Shown here in pieces: positions 20,346 to 30,891 of a DNA stretch of 64,000 bases. Position 1 is the stretch's first letter, and each line of letters begins with the position of its first letter. The translations under genes and the position numbers were made by a program. A model generated the notes under the pieces. That model searched no databases. It saw nothing but the letters and a program-made list of their open reading frames with translations, and was not told the DNA's origin. Source of the DNA: a virus (taxonomy: Duplodnaviria > Heunggongvirae > Uroviricota > Caudoviricetes); the IMG/VR virus record IMGVR_UViG_3300014205_000001, positions 317,413-381,412 of that record; one strand, written 5' to 3'.

Positions 20346-21029
20346 ATGAAAGTAAAAACAATATCCTTCGATCTATGGGCAACTTTATTGAAAGGCAACC
20401 CAGAATACAAAAAAGCACGTGTTGAATTTCTACAACAACACACATCTAAAAGTGCAGAAGAAATTCACGCAGTAATGACAAAAATTAAATTCGATGTCGA
20501 TAAAAAAGTAGAAAAATACGGACTGCAATTTAACGATGCTGATTTATATCAACTGTTACTAAATAGTTTGGATATTACTGATACTAAACTTAATGTTAAG
20601 GAATATATAGGTTTTTGTCATTCCTCGTTTATCAGTAATGCACCCATTCTCTTTAATCAAGTAATTAATACGTTGGAAACATTGAAAGCAAAAAATTATC
20701 GCTTATTAGCAGCATCTAACACGGTGTTCGTAAGTGGTAAAACAATGCGAATTGTTCTAATGAAATTAGGAATTTTTGATTATTTCTATGACTGTATCTT
20801 TAGCGATGAAGTTGGGTATTCTAAACCTCACATTGAATTTTTTAAACATTTGCATCAGAAGAGTCATACTTTTGCAGAGGACATTTTACATACAGGTGAT
20901 AATTCAATCACTGATATGAATGGAGCACGTAATTATGGAATGCAACATTTCTTTGCACCTGAAGGTTATGATTCACCTGAAACCACATTAAAATTACTTG
21001 CAGCATTGGATAGTACATTTAAATTGTAA
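20346..21029 (+). CDS. HAD-superfamily hydrolase
   Basis: FDLWATL, SNT, FSDEVGYSKP, HTGDNSITD.NGA..YGM. Confidence 0.85.
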   Translation: MKVKTISFDLWATLLKGNPEYKKARVEFLQQHTSKSAEEIHAVMTKIKFDVDKKVEKYGLQFNDADLYQLLLNSLDITDTKLNVKEYIGFCHSSFISNAPILFNQVINTLETLKAKNYRLLAASNTVFVSGKTMRIVLMKLGIFDYFYDCIFSDEVGYSKPHIEFFKHLHQKSHTFAEDILHTGDNSITDMNGARNYGMQHFFAPEGYDSPETTLKLLAALDSTFKL

Positions 21030-21033
21030 AGCC

Positions 21034-21621
21034 ATGAAAATATTTCATTATTGTAATAAACAGCTTAAATACGTACCTTACAGTTTTAAGTTTTATTTAA
21101 AATTATCAATAGTATCTTGCTGTATTATATTAATTTCAAGTACAGCATTGAGTTATTGGTTTAATTCTTATTATCAAGAACGAAAAATGATTCGTGTTAA
21201 TGAGGAACTTAAAGTAATCATTTTAAAAGAATACAATAAATTTGATCGTACTGCAATGATTCACTTTTTAAAAGAACTGAACATTAAGTTTCCACATATT
21301 GTGTACGCTCAAGCCATTTTAGAAAGTACGGATTTCACAAGCAATATTTTTCGTGAAAACAATAATTGTTTTGGAATGAAAGTTGCTACGTTACGACAAA
21401 CTACAAATAAAGGTGAACAATACAATCATGCAGTATTTGATACATGGAAAGACTGTATTATTGATTACGCTTTATATCAAGCAAGGTATTTATCCAGTAT
21501 TAAAACTGAAGCACAATACTATGAATTTTTGCAACAATCTTATGCTGAAGATATAAATTACGTAAATAAACTCAAAACAATAATAAACAACAAACATCTA
21601 AAAGAAATTTTAGAAAATTAA
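21034..21621 (+). CDS. Membrane-anchored glucosaminidase (GH73-like peptidoglycan hydrolase)
   Basis: TM segment followed by AQAILES, ENNNCFGMK, F.TW.DCI.DY and YAED.NY. Confidence 0.7.
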   Translation: MKIFHYCNKQLKYVPYSFKFYLKLSIVSCCIILISSTALSYWFNSYYQERKMIRVNEELKVIILKEYNKFDRTAMIHFLKELNIKFPHIVYAQAILESTDFTSNIFRENNNCFGMKVATLRQTTNKGEQYNHAVFDTWKDCIIDYALYQARYLSSIKTEAQYYEFLQQSYAEDINYVNKLKTIINNKHLKEILEN

Positions 21622-21638
21622 TTTTAAACACAAACAAC

Positions 21639-22496
21639 ATGACAACACTACAATTAACTAGGTTCAGCGCAAACAAATTTACTTGCGAAGAAAACATAAA
21701 ATTTAATCCTGAAACGTATTCACGTTTTAAATTCGGTTGTAAAGATTCTGCCCGCGAATTTGGGATGGAATTGGCTGAAAAATTTATCCAATCAGAAGAT
21801 TACGCAGTTATGTGCGCTAAATTAACAGCGATGCAAAACAGATTAATTGTAATGTCTTCACCGTATGTACATGTACCTACAGCAACTTTTGCAATGAAAG
21901 ATTATTTCATACGTTCGTTGAATAATCAATTAGTTGAAGATGGTTTGATGCCTGTAATGGAAACCAAAATTTATCGCAAATCTTCTTACAAAGAAGAATA
22001 CGGTGAAATGTCAAAAGAAGAACGTTTCAATGTAATGAGTAATGATACTTTTTATGTGGATGCGAATCTCTTAAAAGGAAATCTTCGCATGTTTCTGGAT
22101 GATATTGTGATCACAGGTGCTCATGAACATAGAATTGTCACAATGTTAGAAAAATATAATTTACATGATCACGAAGACAATATGTTTCTGTATTATGCAG
22201 AATTAACAAATCATGAAACGAATCCCAAAATTGAAAATTATCTCAATTATTACTATGTGAAAGATTTAGTTTCGTTGGATAAAATCATTAAGAACGAACC
22301 TTTCATTATGAATACTCGTGTTGTGAAATATATTTTGGATGCTGATCATGAGCAATGTAAAATATTTTTCAATTATCAAAAGTATGTATTTCTACATACT
22401 TTGTATCATAATGCAATTGGAAATGGTTATCATAAAATTGACGATTATTTACTTAATCTTAATTATTTGAAAACATTATTAAATAACACTTATTAA
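21639..22496 (+). CDS. Phosphoribosyltransferase-like protein (Ter-associated PRTase type)
   Basis: PRPP-binding-like FLDDIVITGAHE; YSRFKFG and SSPY..VPTA motifs. Confidence 0.7.
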   Translation: MTTLQLTRFSANKFTCEENIKFNPETYSRFKFGCKDSAREFGMELAEKFIQSEDYAVMCAKLTAMQNRLIVMSSPYVHVPTATFAMKDYFIRSLNNQLVEDGLMPVMETKIYRKSSYKEEYGEMSKEERFNVMSNDTFYVDANLLKGNLRMFLDDIVITGAHEHRIVTMLEKYNLHDHEDNMFLYYAELTNHETNPKIENYLNYYYVKDLVSLDKIIKNEPFIMNTRVVKYILDADHEQCKIFFNYQKYVFLHTLYHNAIGNGYHKIDDYLLNLNYLKTLLNNTY

Positions 22497-22511
22497 ACAT
22501 ATAATTGTAAC

Positions 22512-23444
22512 ATGAAAATACTTAATTTAGCAAACGAAGGTACTGGGACTTACGGTAAAGATGATGAGTCAAAAATTCATACAGACATCCGCTTCAAATT
22601 CAAAAATTTTCCTGATGGTCAAGTTGATATAGTAATCAATCCCGAAGATGTAATTCACAACATACCAGTTCAAATCACATCTCATTTTAATTCAGCTGAA
22701 GATTTATTAAAAATTATGTGTGCCCGTGTAGCTTTAAATAAGCTTCAAGTTAAAGAAATACATCTTTTTATTCCTTATGTTTTAGGAGCAAGAAGTGATC
22801 GTAGATTTGAAAAAGGTGGTACAAGTTATCTTGTTGATATAGTAGCACCTATTATTAATTTACAAAAATTTGAATCAGTAACTTGTTTCGATGCTCATTC
22901 AGATGTTGCGCAAGCATGTATTGATCGTTTAGATGTAATTACAAACGTAGATTTAGTAAAATGGGCGATACACGATTTACAAACTACTACATTTCGCATC
23001 GCAGCTCCTGATCAAGGAGCAACTAAGAAAGTATTCGAACTTACACATCAATTACAAATTGAATCAAATATTCTCTTCTGTGTGAAGCATCGTGACCAAA
23101 TTACTGGAAAGATACTTCACACAGAAGTCCCTTTGGGAACTATTGTTCCTGACATGGACTACATTATTGTTGACGATATTTGCGATGGTGGAAGAACTTT
23201 CATCGAAATTGCAAAAGAAATTAAACGACAATATACTGAAGCAAAAACAAATTGTCGTATCTTTTTAGTAGTAAGTCATGGAATTTTTTCCAATGATTTC
23301 AACGAATTAAATCGTCACTTAGACGGTATCTATACTACTAATTCAATTACAAGTTATGGTTGGTCAGTTAAAATGTTAAATCAAGCACCCAAAAATTTAC
23401 ATGTAATGGATGTAATACACACAAAAATTAATCAAAACAAATAA
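22512..23444 (+). CDS. Ribose-phosphate pyrophosphokinase-like protein (candidate Adps of NARP1)
   Basis: FPDGQ, PY..GARSDR, DAHS, PDQGA, IVDDICDGGRTF, SHGIFS; adjacent to the Nampt-like gene. Confidence 0.88.
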   Translation: MKILNLANEGTGTYGKDDESKIHTDIRFKFKNFPDGQVDIVINPEDVIHNIPVQITSHFNSAEDLLKIMCARVALNKLQVKEIHLFIPYVLGARSDRRFEKGGTSYLVDIVAPIINLQKFESVTCFDAHSDVAQACIDRLDVITNVDLVKWAIHDLQTTTFRIAAPDQGATKKVFELTHQLQIESNILFCVKHRDQITGKILHTEVPLGTIVPDMDYIIVDDICDGGRTFIEIAKEIKRQYTEAKTNCRIFLVVSHGIFSNDFNELNRHLDGIYTTNSITSYGWSVKMLNQAPKNLHVMDVIHTKINQNK

Positions 23445-23446
23445 AT

Positions 23447-25285
23447 ATGCTTAAATATCCTGAACCATTAATTCGACGGAACCGTGTAAAAGGTTTAGTC
23501 GTTTGCCCTACAATGTTGTCAGATGGTTACAAAATGGACCATCGCAGACAATATATTCCAGGCACAAAATATGTTACTGCAAATATGACGCCACGTAAAA
23601 GTCGCATTAAAGGTTGCAATCACGTAATTGTGTTTGGTGTACAATACTACATTATTTCTACGTTAATTGAACGTTGGACTAATGATTTCTTCGCAGTACC
23701 TATTGAAGAAATTACTGCTGATTATGTTGCTGAAATGACTGAGTACACTTTATCCAAAGAAGCTGCACTTGCGATTGGCACAGATCATTGGAAAGCACTT
23801 CACCAATTAGGTTATTTACCTTTGGAAATTCGTTCCTTAGAAGAAGGGACTCGTTGTCCAATTAAAGTACCAGTATACATGGTAAAAAATACTCATCCAG
23901 ATTTTTATTGGTTGACAAATTTTATCGAAACTGATATGTCAGCTGAAACATGGGGAACTATGACATCAGCAACATTGGCAAATCAATATCGCGAAATTTT
24001 TGAACGTTGGGCACTTAAAACTGGTGGTGATTTAAACTTTGTTCCTTTTCAAGGTCATAACTTTTCATATCGTGGAATGTTAGGCCGCGAAGCAGCAGCA
24101 ATCGTTGATATGGGTCATTCAACTTCGTTCGTGGGCTCTGATAGTGTTCACGGTCGTAAATATTTAAAACATTATTACGATGCAACACAAACAGGATTTG
24201 ACGATATTATTACATGTTCAGTATTTGCAACGGAACACGCAGTAATGTGTACGTCAACAGGATTCTACATTAAAAAATACAATTTAACGTGGGAAAAATA
24301 CGGTGAAGCAGAATTTGAAGTATTCAAACGCTTAATCACTGAACTTTATCCAAATGGAATTGTAAGTATCGTTTCAGATACTTGGGATTTGTGGAAAGTA
24401 TTAGTTGAATATATGGTTCGACTAAAACCTGAAATCATGGCACGTAACGGTAAAGTTGTGATTCGTCCTGACAGTGGTGACCCAGTAGATATTATGTGCG
24501 GAAAATTAAGTGCTAAACTTAATGTTGTTAAAGTCGATGAAGACGAATACAAAACATTAGACGAAGCATTAGAAGATGCAGATGTTCATTTCGATGACAG
24601 CGATGGTTGCGAAGTAGAAATTTACGAATTTCAAGGTAAATATTACGAAGTAGAATTTACACCAGGCGATTGTATCGAAGCAACTTGGGACCACAGAATT
24701 TTTGAAACTGATTTTACTTACAAAGAATATTTCTTCCCAGCTGAAACTCCAGCTGACAAAGGAGTAGTTGAATTGCTTTGGGACACTTTCGGTGGTACTA
24801 CTAACGTAGGAGCTGACGGTAAAACTTATAAATTCCTCGATTCGCACATTGGTGCAATTTACGGTGATTCTATTAATTTAGAACGCGCCGAAGCAATCTG
24901 TCAACGTCTTGCTGACAAAGGATTTGGTTCTACAAATTGGATTGCTGGTATTGGTTCTTACACTTACCAATATGTTACACGTGATACTTTTGGCTTCGCT
25001 CAAAAAGCTACGTTTGCAGAAATTGAAATCGATGATTTCATGCACGGAATTGAAGTTTTCAAAGACCCAATTACCGATGATGGCACGAAAAAATCTGCTC
25101 GTGGAAGATTAAGAGTTGATCAAGATGAGCAAGGTGTGATTTATTTAAAAGATCAATGCACTGCCGAAGAAGAAGCAGGTGGATTACTGAATACAGTATT
25201 CTATAATGGAAATTTAACTAACAGAACGAATTTACAAAAAGTTCGTAACTTAATTAAACATCCTGAACTTTTATTAGCAGCTTAG
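23447..25285 (+). CDS. Nicotinamide phosphoribosyltransferase-like protein (candidate Namat of NARP1)
   Basis: DGYK.DH..QY, ATEHAVM, SIVSDTWD, RPDSGDP, IYGDSI, KDPITDDG.KKSARG. Confidence 0.93.
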   Translation: MLKYPEPLIRRNRVKGLVVCPTMLSDGYKMDHRRQYIPGTKYVTANMTPRKSRIKGCNHVIVFGVQYYIISTLIERWTNDFFAVPIEEITADYVAEMTEYTLSKEAALAIGTDHWKALHQLGYLPLEIRSLEEGTRCPIKVPVYMVKNTHPDFYWLTNFIETDMSAETWGTMTSATLANQYREIFERWALKTGGDLNFVPFQGHNFSYRGMLGREAAAIVDMGHSTSFVGSDSVHGRKYLKHYYDATQTGFDDIITCSVFATEHAVMCTSTGFYIKKYNLTWEKYGEAEFEVFKRLITELYPNGIVSIVSDTWDLWKVLVEYMVRLKPEIMARNGKVVIRPDSGDPVDIMCGKLSAKLNVVKVDEDEYKTLDEALEDADVHFDDSDGCEVEIYEFQGKYYEVEFTPGDCIEATWDHRIFETDFTYKEYFFPAETPADKGVVELLWDTFGGTTNVGADGKTYKFLDSHIGAIYGDSINLERAEAICQRLADKGFGSTNWIAGIGSYTYQYVTRDTFGFAQKATFAEIEIDDFMHGIEVFKDPITDDGTKKSARGRLRVDQDEQGVIYLKDQCTAEEEAGGLLNTVFYNGNLTNRTNLQKVRNLIKHPELLLAA

Positions 25286-25302
25286 TAAAAAACACTCAAA
25301 TT

Positions 25303-25334
25303 AAAACCAGATAAGTTAACTTATCTGGTTTTTT
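25303..25334 (+). terminator. Intrinsic terminator
   Basis: AAAACCAGATAAG / CTTATCTGGTTTT. Confidence 0.8.
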
Positions 25335-25352
25335 ATTTATATAATTGTAGTA

Positions 25353-26063
25353 ATGGTATACATTCAATCAAACTTAGCAAAAACACTTCCACATCATTTC
25401 GATTGTAGTTGTGCATTATTTGGCGCTACTGATAACGCCTTAGATTTTAAATTAGTCACATACGAAGAACTGACCTTAGGTAAATACGACGCATTGTTAC
25501 AAAACTATCTCTTCGTAGGTTCTACTGAATTTATGATGGAAATTTTTCGTCGGTTAGGTTTAGAAAATGTTGGTGTTCCTGAAAACACAAATCGTTTTTA
25601 CGAAACAATTACACTTGAACAAGCGTGGGATAGAGCTGCAGCTGATGAAAAAATCTTTATCAAACCTTTACAAATTAAATTATTTACAGGTTTTGTATTA
25701 GACAAAATGCAATATGGTTGTTTAAATGGTTTAAGTCGTGAAACGTTAGTAATGGCGTACAAACCTTTTGAACATAAAATTGTTTCAGAATGGCGTCTTT
25801 ATATTCACAATCACCAAATTGTAGATAGTCGTAATTATAGTGGCGATTTTAAAATTTCACCTAGTTATGTACAAGCAACAAAAATTGTCGACAAACAACG
25901 TCAATCGTGGCCGAAAGCTTATACGATGGATGTAGGCATTTTAGAAAATGGTGAAGATGTTATTATAGAATACAATGACATGTGGGCAATAGGTAACTAT
26001 GGAATACCAAATGACATTTATGTAAGAATGTTACAAGATCGTTATTTTCAAATAGTAAGATAA
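25353..26063 (+). CDS. ATP-grasp protein, R2K/DUF4343-like (second paralog)
   Basis: FIKP, SEWRLYI, MDVGIL..G..VIIEYNDMWAIGNYG. Confidence 0.75.
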   Translation: MVYIQSNLAKTLPHHFDCSCALFGATDNALDFKLVTYEELTLGKYDALLQNYLFVGSTEFMMEIFRRLGLENVGVPENTNRFYETITLEQAWDRAAADEKIFIKPLQIKLFTGFVLDKMQYGCLNGLSRETLVMAYKPFEHKIVSEWRLYIHNHQIVDSRNYSGDFKISPSYVQATKIVDKQRQSWPKAYTMDVGILENGEDVIIEYNDMWAIGNYGIPNDIYVRMLQDRYFQIVR

Positions 26064-26064
26064 A

Positions 26065-26274
26065 ATGGCTGAAATTAAATTAGAAATTAAATCGTGTCAA
26101 GAATGTCCATTTTTCGATTCTGAAACTCAGTATACTGCTGATAGTTGGGAACGACCTGAAAAATGGATTTGTAAAAAAGAAAAGAAAACAATTGCCAATT
26201 ATGTTGATTGGAATGATAAAGTTCCAATTCCTGAATGGTGTCCAATTAAAGTAAAACCTGAAACTCAAAAATAA
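26065..26274 (+). CDS. Small Cys-rich protein
   Basis: C..CPFF...WIC...IPEWCP. Confidence 0.6.
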   Translation: MAEIKLEIKSCQECPFFDSETQYTADSWERPEKWICKKEKKTIANYVDWNDKVPIPEWCPIKVKPETQK

Positions 26275-26277
26275 TTT

Positions 26278-27063
26278 ATGACTCTCTTAATAACTAATCA
26301 AGGAATATTTTACGAAGAATGGGGTGATAACATTAAAGAAAAAATTGTCACTCCCTTACCTAAAGGCATTCATCATTATTATGCAAATTCAGTTTTATTT
26401 GCAGATGATTTAACTTTAGGTGGATTTTTAAACACAATGTACAAATATAAGGAAATTATTGAAGATGATTTTACTTCGTATATGCACGGTTTAAATTTAC
26501 AACCATTTTATGATCAATTACAAAAAGATAGTGACGATCAAGTACATTACAGTTCAATTATTTTAAAGCATTCGTGTTCTATTAATGTTCATCAAGTAAA
26601 TGGTAAAAAACGTAATTATGTTAATGCATGGAATTATACAGTAGGCGTAAATAATTCTACAACATTTCCAACATTGTCGTTATCATTAGATAATTTACAT
26701 AATTTAAAACATTTACCTTTTGGTTTAGATTCTATTTATAATTTATGGAGTATTAATCCTTTTGATCAGGATGTTTTATTAGCAGCAGAATTAATTCATT
26801 ATTTTACCCTACATGATATAATTGCAGCTGTCATGACAGACATGACATATTGTGGTTATCCTGGCGACGATTTAAGTGATTGTGATTGGGACCAAATTAA
26901 ACCTATTGAACAATTAATCGAAGAAGACTTACAAATCACTTTACAAAGTAAGAAAAACGAATTAAATCTTGCATTAAGTGAAGAAAAATATGAAAAATGT
27001 GGATTTTTATCCAAAGAAATTGAACGGCTCGAAACCTCAATAAAATCAAGGCAAGAATCTTAA
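26278..27063 (+). CDS. Hypothetical protein with C-terminal UVR-like coiled coil
   Basis: ELNLALSEEKYEKCGFLSKEI. Confidence 0.65.
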   Translation: MTLLITNQGIFYEEWGDNIKEKIVTPLPKGIHHYYANSVLFADDLTLGGFLNTMYKYKEIIEDDFTSYMHGLNLQPFYDQLQKDSDDQVHYSSIILKHSCSINVHQVNGKKRNYVNAWNYTVGVNNSTTFPTLSLSLDNLHNLKHLPFGLDSIYNLWSINPFDQDVLLAAELIHYFTLHDIIAAVMTDMTYCGYPGDDLSDCDWDQIKPIEQLIEEDLQITLQSKKNELNLALSEEKYEKCGFLSKEIERLETSIKSRQES

Positions 27064-27129
27064 AAATTAGGTTTTCATTGTTCGTATTTAAAGCATATAA
27101 TTGTAATAATAATCATAAACAACATAAAC

Positions 27130-28362
27130 ATGAGCACAGATAAAAACAACACAGAACACGTAGAAGACGTTGCGTATACCGAAGTTAAAGACGGTAACGA
27201 AACACATGTACAATCAAGTCAGGCGGATTTATCCACCCCTAAAAATCCTATTAAAAACGCACAAGTTGTAGTTTCAACAGGAATGAAATTGGATAAAGCA
27301 ACAGGTCGTCCTGATTATTCCAAATTGGATGCGCAGGAATTAGCCCGTTATAAACAAATCGGTTCTGCATTAAATCCTACCGATGCAAATTCAATTCTGA
27401 ATTATGGTCAACAATTACAAAACAAATTGGCAGGTTTTTCGGATTCGTTTTTAAATAACGTTCGTGCATTTGATGCTGGTGAAATTGGCGGATCAATTAC
27501 AGATTTGTTGACTAACGTTAACATGATCGATATTGACCCTTCACAAAAACCAATGATTCAACGTATGTTGATGACAATTCCGGGTGTGAAAAATATCATC
27601 ATGAATACCAAAAAAATGTTTCAAAAATACGATTCAGTATCAAAAAACATTGACGGTATTACTGCAAAGCTTGATCACGGCCGTTTAACATTAGTAAAGG
27701 ATAACGAACAATTAGAAAAATTGTTTAAGGACAATGTTCAATACATTAAAGATTTGGAAGAACTGATCATTGGTGGTCATCTTACAATGGATGAACTGAA
27801 CAAAGAACTTGCGGAAATGGAACGTAACTCTGATCAATTTGAAGATTATGTGATCAGCGACAAAAAAGATTTCATTAACCGTTTAAGTAAACGTTTAACG
27901 GATATGCAATTAACTCGTATGATTGTTATCCAATCTTTACCACAAATTCGTTTGGTACAAACCAATAACCTTACGATGATGGATAAAATCCAGGCATCAG
28001 TTTCTACAACTATTCCTTTATGGAGAAATACTTTATCTGTTGCTGTCGCTTTACAACGTCAAGGTAAAATGGCGGAAGTAGTTGAAAAGGTAACTGAAAC
28101 AACAAATACCATGTTGATTAAAAACGCTGAAATGTTAAAAGCAAATAGCGTTTCAATCGCGAAACAAAATGAAAAAGGTGTTGTTGAAATTGAAACACTG
28201 AAAAAAGTTCAAGCCGATCTTATTTCTACTTTAAACGATATTCGCAAAATTAAAGAGGAAGGCGAAATCAAACGTAGAACTGTTGGTAAGGAACTGGAAG
28301 TACTCGAAGCTTCTTTGGAAAAAGAAGTTCTGGGAATTGCTCAAAAGAATACTGATCTATAA
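27130..28362 (+). CDS. telA: Toxic anion resistance protein TelA family
   Basis: Coiled-coil protein; SILNYG..LQ.KL..FSD, Q.LPQIRLVQ.NN..M.DKI..S..TTIPLW. Confidence 0.88.
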   Translation: MSTDKNNTEHVEDVAYTEVKDGNETHVQSSQADLSTPKNPIKNAQVVVSTGMKLDKATGRPDYSKLDAQELARYKQIGSALNPTDANSILNYGQQLQNKLAGFSDSFLNNVRAFDAGEIGGSITDLLTNVNMIDIDPSQKPMIQRMLMTIPGVKNIIMNTKKMFQKYDSVSKNIDGITAKLDHGRLTLVKDNEQLEKLFKDNVQYIKDLEELIIGGHLTMDELNKELAEMERNSDQFEDYVISDKKDFINRLSKRLTDMQLTRMIVIQSLPQIRLVQTNNLTMMDKIQASVSTTIPLWRNTLSVAVALQRQGKMAEVVEKVTETTNTMLIKNAEMLKANSVSIAKQNEKGVVEIETLKKVQADLISTLNDIRKIKEEGEIKRRTVGKELEVLEASLEKEVLGIAQKNTDL

Positions 28363-28381
28363 TTACCTGCTCACACACGAT

Positions 28382-28409
28382 AAAGTCCAGGTATCACAGC
28401 CTGGACTTT
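28382..28409 (+). terminator. Intrinsic terminator
   Basis: AAAGTCCAGG / CCTGGACTTT. Confidence 0.7.
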
Positions 28410-28437
28410 ACTTATTTAAATTTCACACAACTCGAAC

Positions 28438-29616
28438 ATGAAAATAATAAATTGGTTCATTAATATTTTTACCTTCAGTAAAAAAGGTAAACTTAAAAAA
28501 ATAAAACAATTGTCAGAACGTTCTGATGTTGACCCGGAAACAGGTGAAACATTAGTACAGGCAATGCAAACTCAATTCCAACGCGATCCGCATGAATTAA
28601 TCATGCAAAAATCTCAAGATCATTTGAATGATCTTAAAATATATGTGAACTATTTTTCAGAAGAAGAATTGTTAGAAAAAGCTTTTGTGCAATCACAAGT
28701 AATTCATGATGTTTTTGCTGAAAACAAAGAATTGAATTACAAATCATTGGAGCAATTCCATTACTATTATACAGTACATTTAATCGACGTATTAAAACAA
28801 TTGAAGAAAAAATACGACGAAAAGAATTTAATTTTTCGTAGCAAAATCAAAGCTTTAAAAGAAGTTGTTGCGAAAAGTGAAGAAAAAGTGAAGAAAATTA
28901 CTGTTGATCAAAAAAAGGTTAGCAATCATAAATATCAATACGCATCTTTTATGACGTTATTATTAACGTCAATTTATAATTGTATTGTGAAAAATTTTGA
29001 GGATTTTCGTTTCAAAAATAAAACACAACTACAAAAATTAACTTACACATTTAATAATGGTTTGGATTATGCGTGGGAAATACCGCAAGAATTATTTAAA
29101 CAATTAACGGAATTGTTGACTGACGACGATGTTGACGAAAAAGGAGTAAAACGTGGTGCACCTTATCGCTACAATGGATATATTATTGAACGTCCTTTAT
29201 TAGGTCGTTTAAATCGTGATCATTATCATGTATCTTTTATTGGTACATTTAAAATGGATGGTCAATCAGATTTTTTCGAAGTATTTCAAATTTCTGATTC
29301 TGATAAATATTTTTTAATTCATGCAGAATACGGTTTAATTCGTTCAGTTGACATAAAAATATTAAGTCAGTACATGGCTGATAAAACAACTCGTGTGGGT
29401 CAAATCAACGAAGATATTAATGAACATGAACAGCAAATCCGGGAACTTAATTTTAAGATGAAAGAAAACCCAGTCTTTAATACTGAAATTAAAGAAACGC
29501 TGACTAAATACATCGAAACAATATCCAAACAAGAATTAATGACAGATTTTACGCAGGTTGATCTTCATCGTCAAAATTTGGAAGCAATTATGAAATTGGA
29601 ACGAATGGTTATTTAA
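28438..29616 (+). CDS. Hypothetical protein, possibly the XpaC-like partner of TelA
   Basis: 392 aa next to telA; FHYYY..HL.DVL..L pattern weakly recalls XpaC-type proteins. Confidence 0.55.
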   Translation: MKIINWFINIFTFSKKGKLKKIKQLSERSDVDPETGETLVQAMQTQFQRDPHELIMQKSQDHLNDLKIYVNYFSEEELLEKAFVQSQVIHDVFAENKELNYKSLEQFHYYYTVHLIDVLKQLKKKYDEKNLIFRSKIKALKEVVAKSEEKVKKITVDQKKVSNHKYQYASFMTLLLTSIYNCIVKNFEDFRFKNKTQLQKLTYTFNNGLDYAWEIPQELFKQLTELLTDDDVDEKGVKRGAPYRYNGYIIERPLLGRLNRDHYHVSFIGTFKMDGQSDFFEVFQISDSDKYFLIHAEYGLIRSVDIKILSQYMADKTTRVGQINEDINEHEQQIRELNFKMKENPVFNTEIKETLTKYIETISKQELMTDFTQVDLHRQNLEAIMKLERMVI

Positions 29617-29628
29617 AAACAAAATATC

Positions 29629-30042
29629 ATGGTTAATTATTTTGAAAAAGAACAAGGACATTTTGGTGGATTAGAAATGGCACGAATTGATTGTGGTTGC
29701 AATCATTGCCGACCTTTAATAATCGAATACAACAAACAAAAACGTAAAGAAACACAAAAATTACGTGAAGAACGTTTTAAATTTGTGAAAGAAATTGTGA
29801 AAAATAATATTGTTATTGACGATAATACTCCTCAAAATACAAGTTTTTATTGGCACAAATTCCAGCCTAATGCTGAAGATTGGATATTAAATTCCAATGT
29901 TGTAGAATTACCGCCATTATTAAAAAGAATGAATCGTTTAATTCCTTTTAATTTGAACCGTATGAAACCTGAAACTCAAGCCACTGCACGTAGAATATTT
30001 GCCGAAGTATTTAAAGATTGCGAATGGTTAAATACTAAATAA
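29629..30042 (+). CDS. Hypothetical protein
   Basis: 137-aa ORF. Confidence 0.6.
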   Translation: MVNYFEKEQGHFGGLEMARIDCGCNHCRPLIIEYNKQKRKETQKLREERFKFVKEIVKNNIVIDDNTPQNTSFYWHKFQPNAEDWILNSNVVELPPLLKRMNRLIPFNLNRMKPETQATARRIFAEVFKDCEWLNTK

Positions 30043-30251
30043 TATGAAGTTCGTTAAAACACCTCTTAATTTCAGTCTATTACCTAAATGCTCACGTATT
30101 AAATCAAATAATGCGACAGGTTGGGAAATATGGTGGTTAGGTTTTAAAATTGTTTCAGTTGAATATTATGCTGAAGATCATTTTGAATACTAATTTTCAT
30201 AAATCATTTTTTAAGCATATAATTGTTCTATAAACATAAACAAACAACATT

Positions 30252-30836
30252 ATGAGTAGCGGTATTAATCTTTCAAAAGGACAAAAAATTGCACTGGGTC
30301 GTACCAATGTGCGTGTTGAATTAGGTTGGACACCTAATCAAGGAACAGGTCATAAATTCGATTTGGATGCTTCAGTATTCTTATTGGATGACAACAAAAT
30401 GATTCCAACTGAAAATCATTTCATTTTTTATAACAACCGTGAATGCCCGCAAGGTGCTGTAAAACACAGTGGTGACTGTCGTGACGGTAATTCATCAACC
30501 ACAGGTGCAGATGAAACAATTTTAGTCGACACAACCAAAATTGACCCACGTGTTAAAGAATTAATCTTCGTAGTTTCAATTGACGAAGCAGAAACACGCC
30601 GCCAAAATTTCGGTTTAATCCGTAACAGCTTTATTCGTATCATGGATAATGTTACAGGTGAAGAAATTGCAAAATACGAATTAGACGAAAGTTTCTCTGC
30701 TGAAACTTCAATGGAGTTCGGCCGTCTCTATAAAAAAGACGATGCATGGAAATTCGATGCAACACCTATCGGTCATCAGGCTGATTTAGGTTCTTTTGTA
30801 TCAAAATACTTCCAAGGTCCGGTAAACAAAAATTAA
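30252..30836 (+). CDS. terD: TerD-family stress protein
   Basis: INLSKGQKI, LGW, FDLDASVF, FIFYNN, HSGD, DETI.VD, FVVSI.EA..R.QNFG, LY.K...WKF.A. Confidence 0.93.
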   Translation: MSSGINLSKGQKIALGRTNVRVELGWTPNQGTGHKFDLDASVFLLDDNKMIPTENHFIFYNNRECPQGAVKHSGDCRDGNSSTTGADETILVDTTKIDPRVKELIFVVSIDEAETRRQNFGLIRNSFIRIMDNVTGEEIAKYELDESFSAETSMEFGRLYKKDDAWKFDATPIGHQADLGSFVSKYFQGPVNKN

Positions 30837-30845
30837 ACAAAACCC

Positions 30846-30888
30846 AAACCCCTCTCAATTTCTGCCATGTTAAAGAGAGGGGTTTTTT
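30846..30888 (+). terminator. Intrinsic terminator
   Basis: AAACCCCTCTC / GAGAGGGGTTTT. Confidence 0.7.
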
Positions 30889-30891
30889 ATT

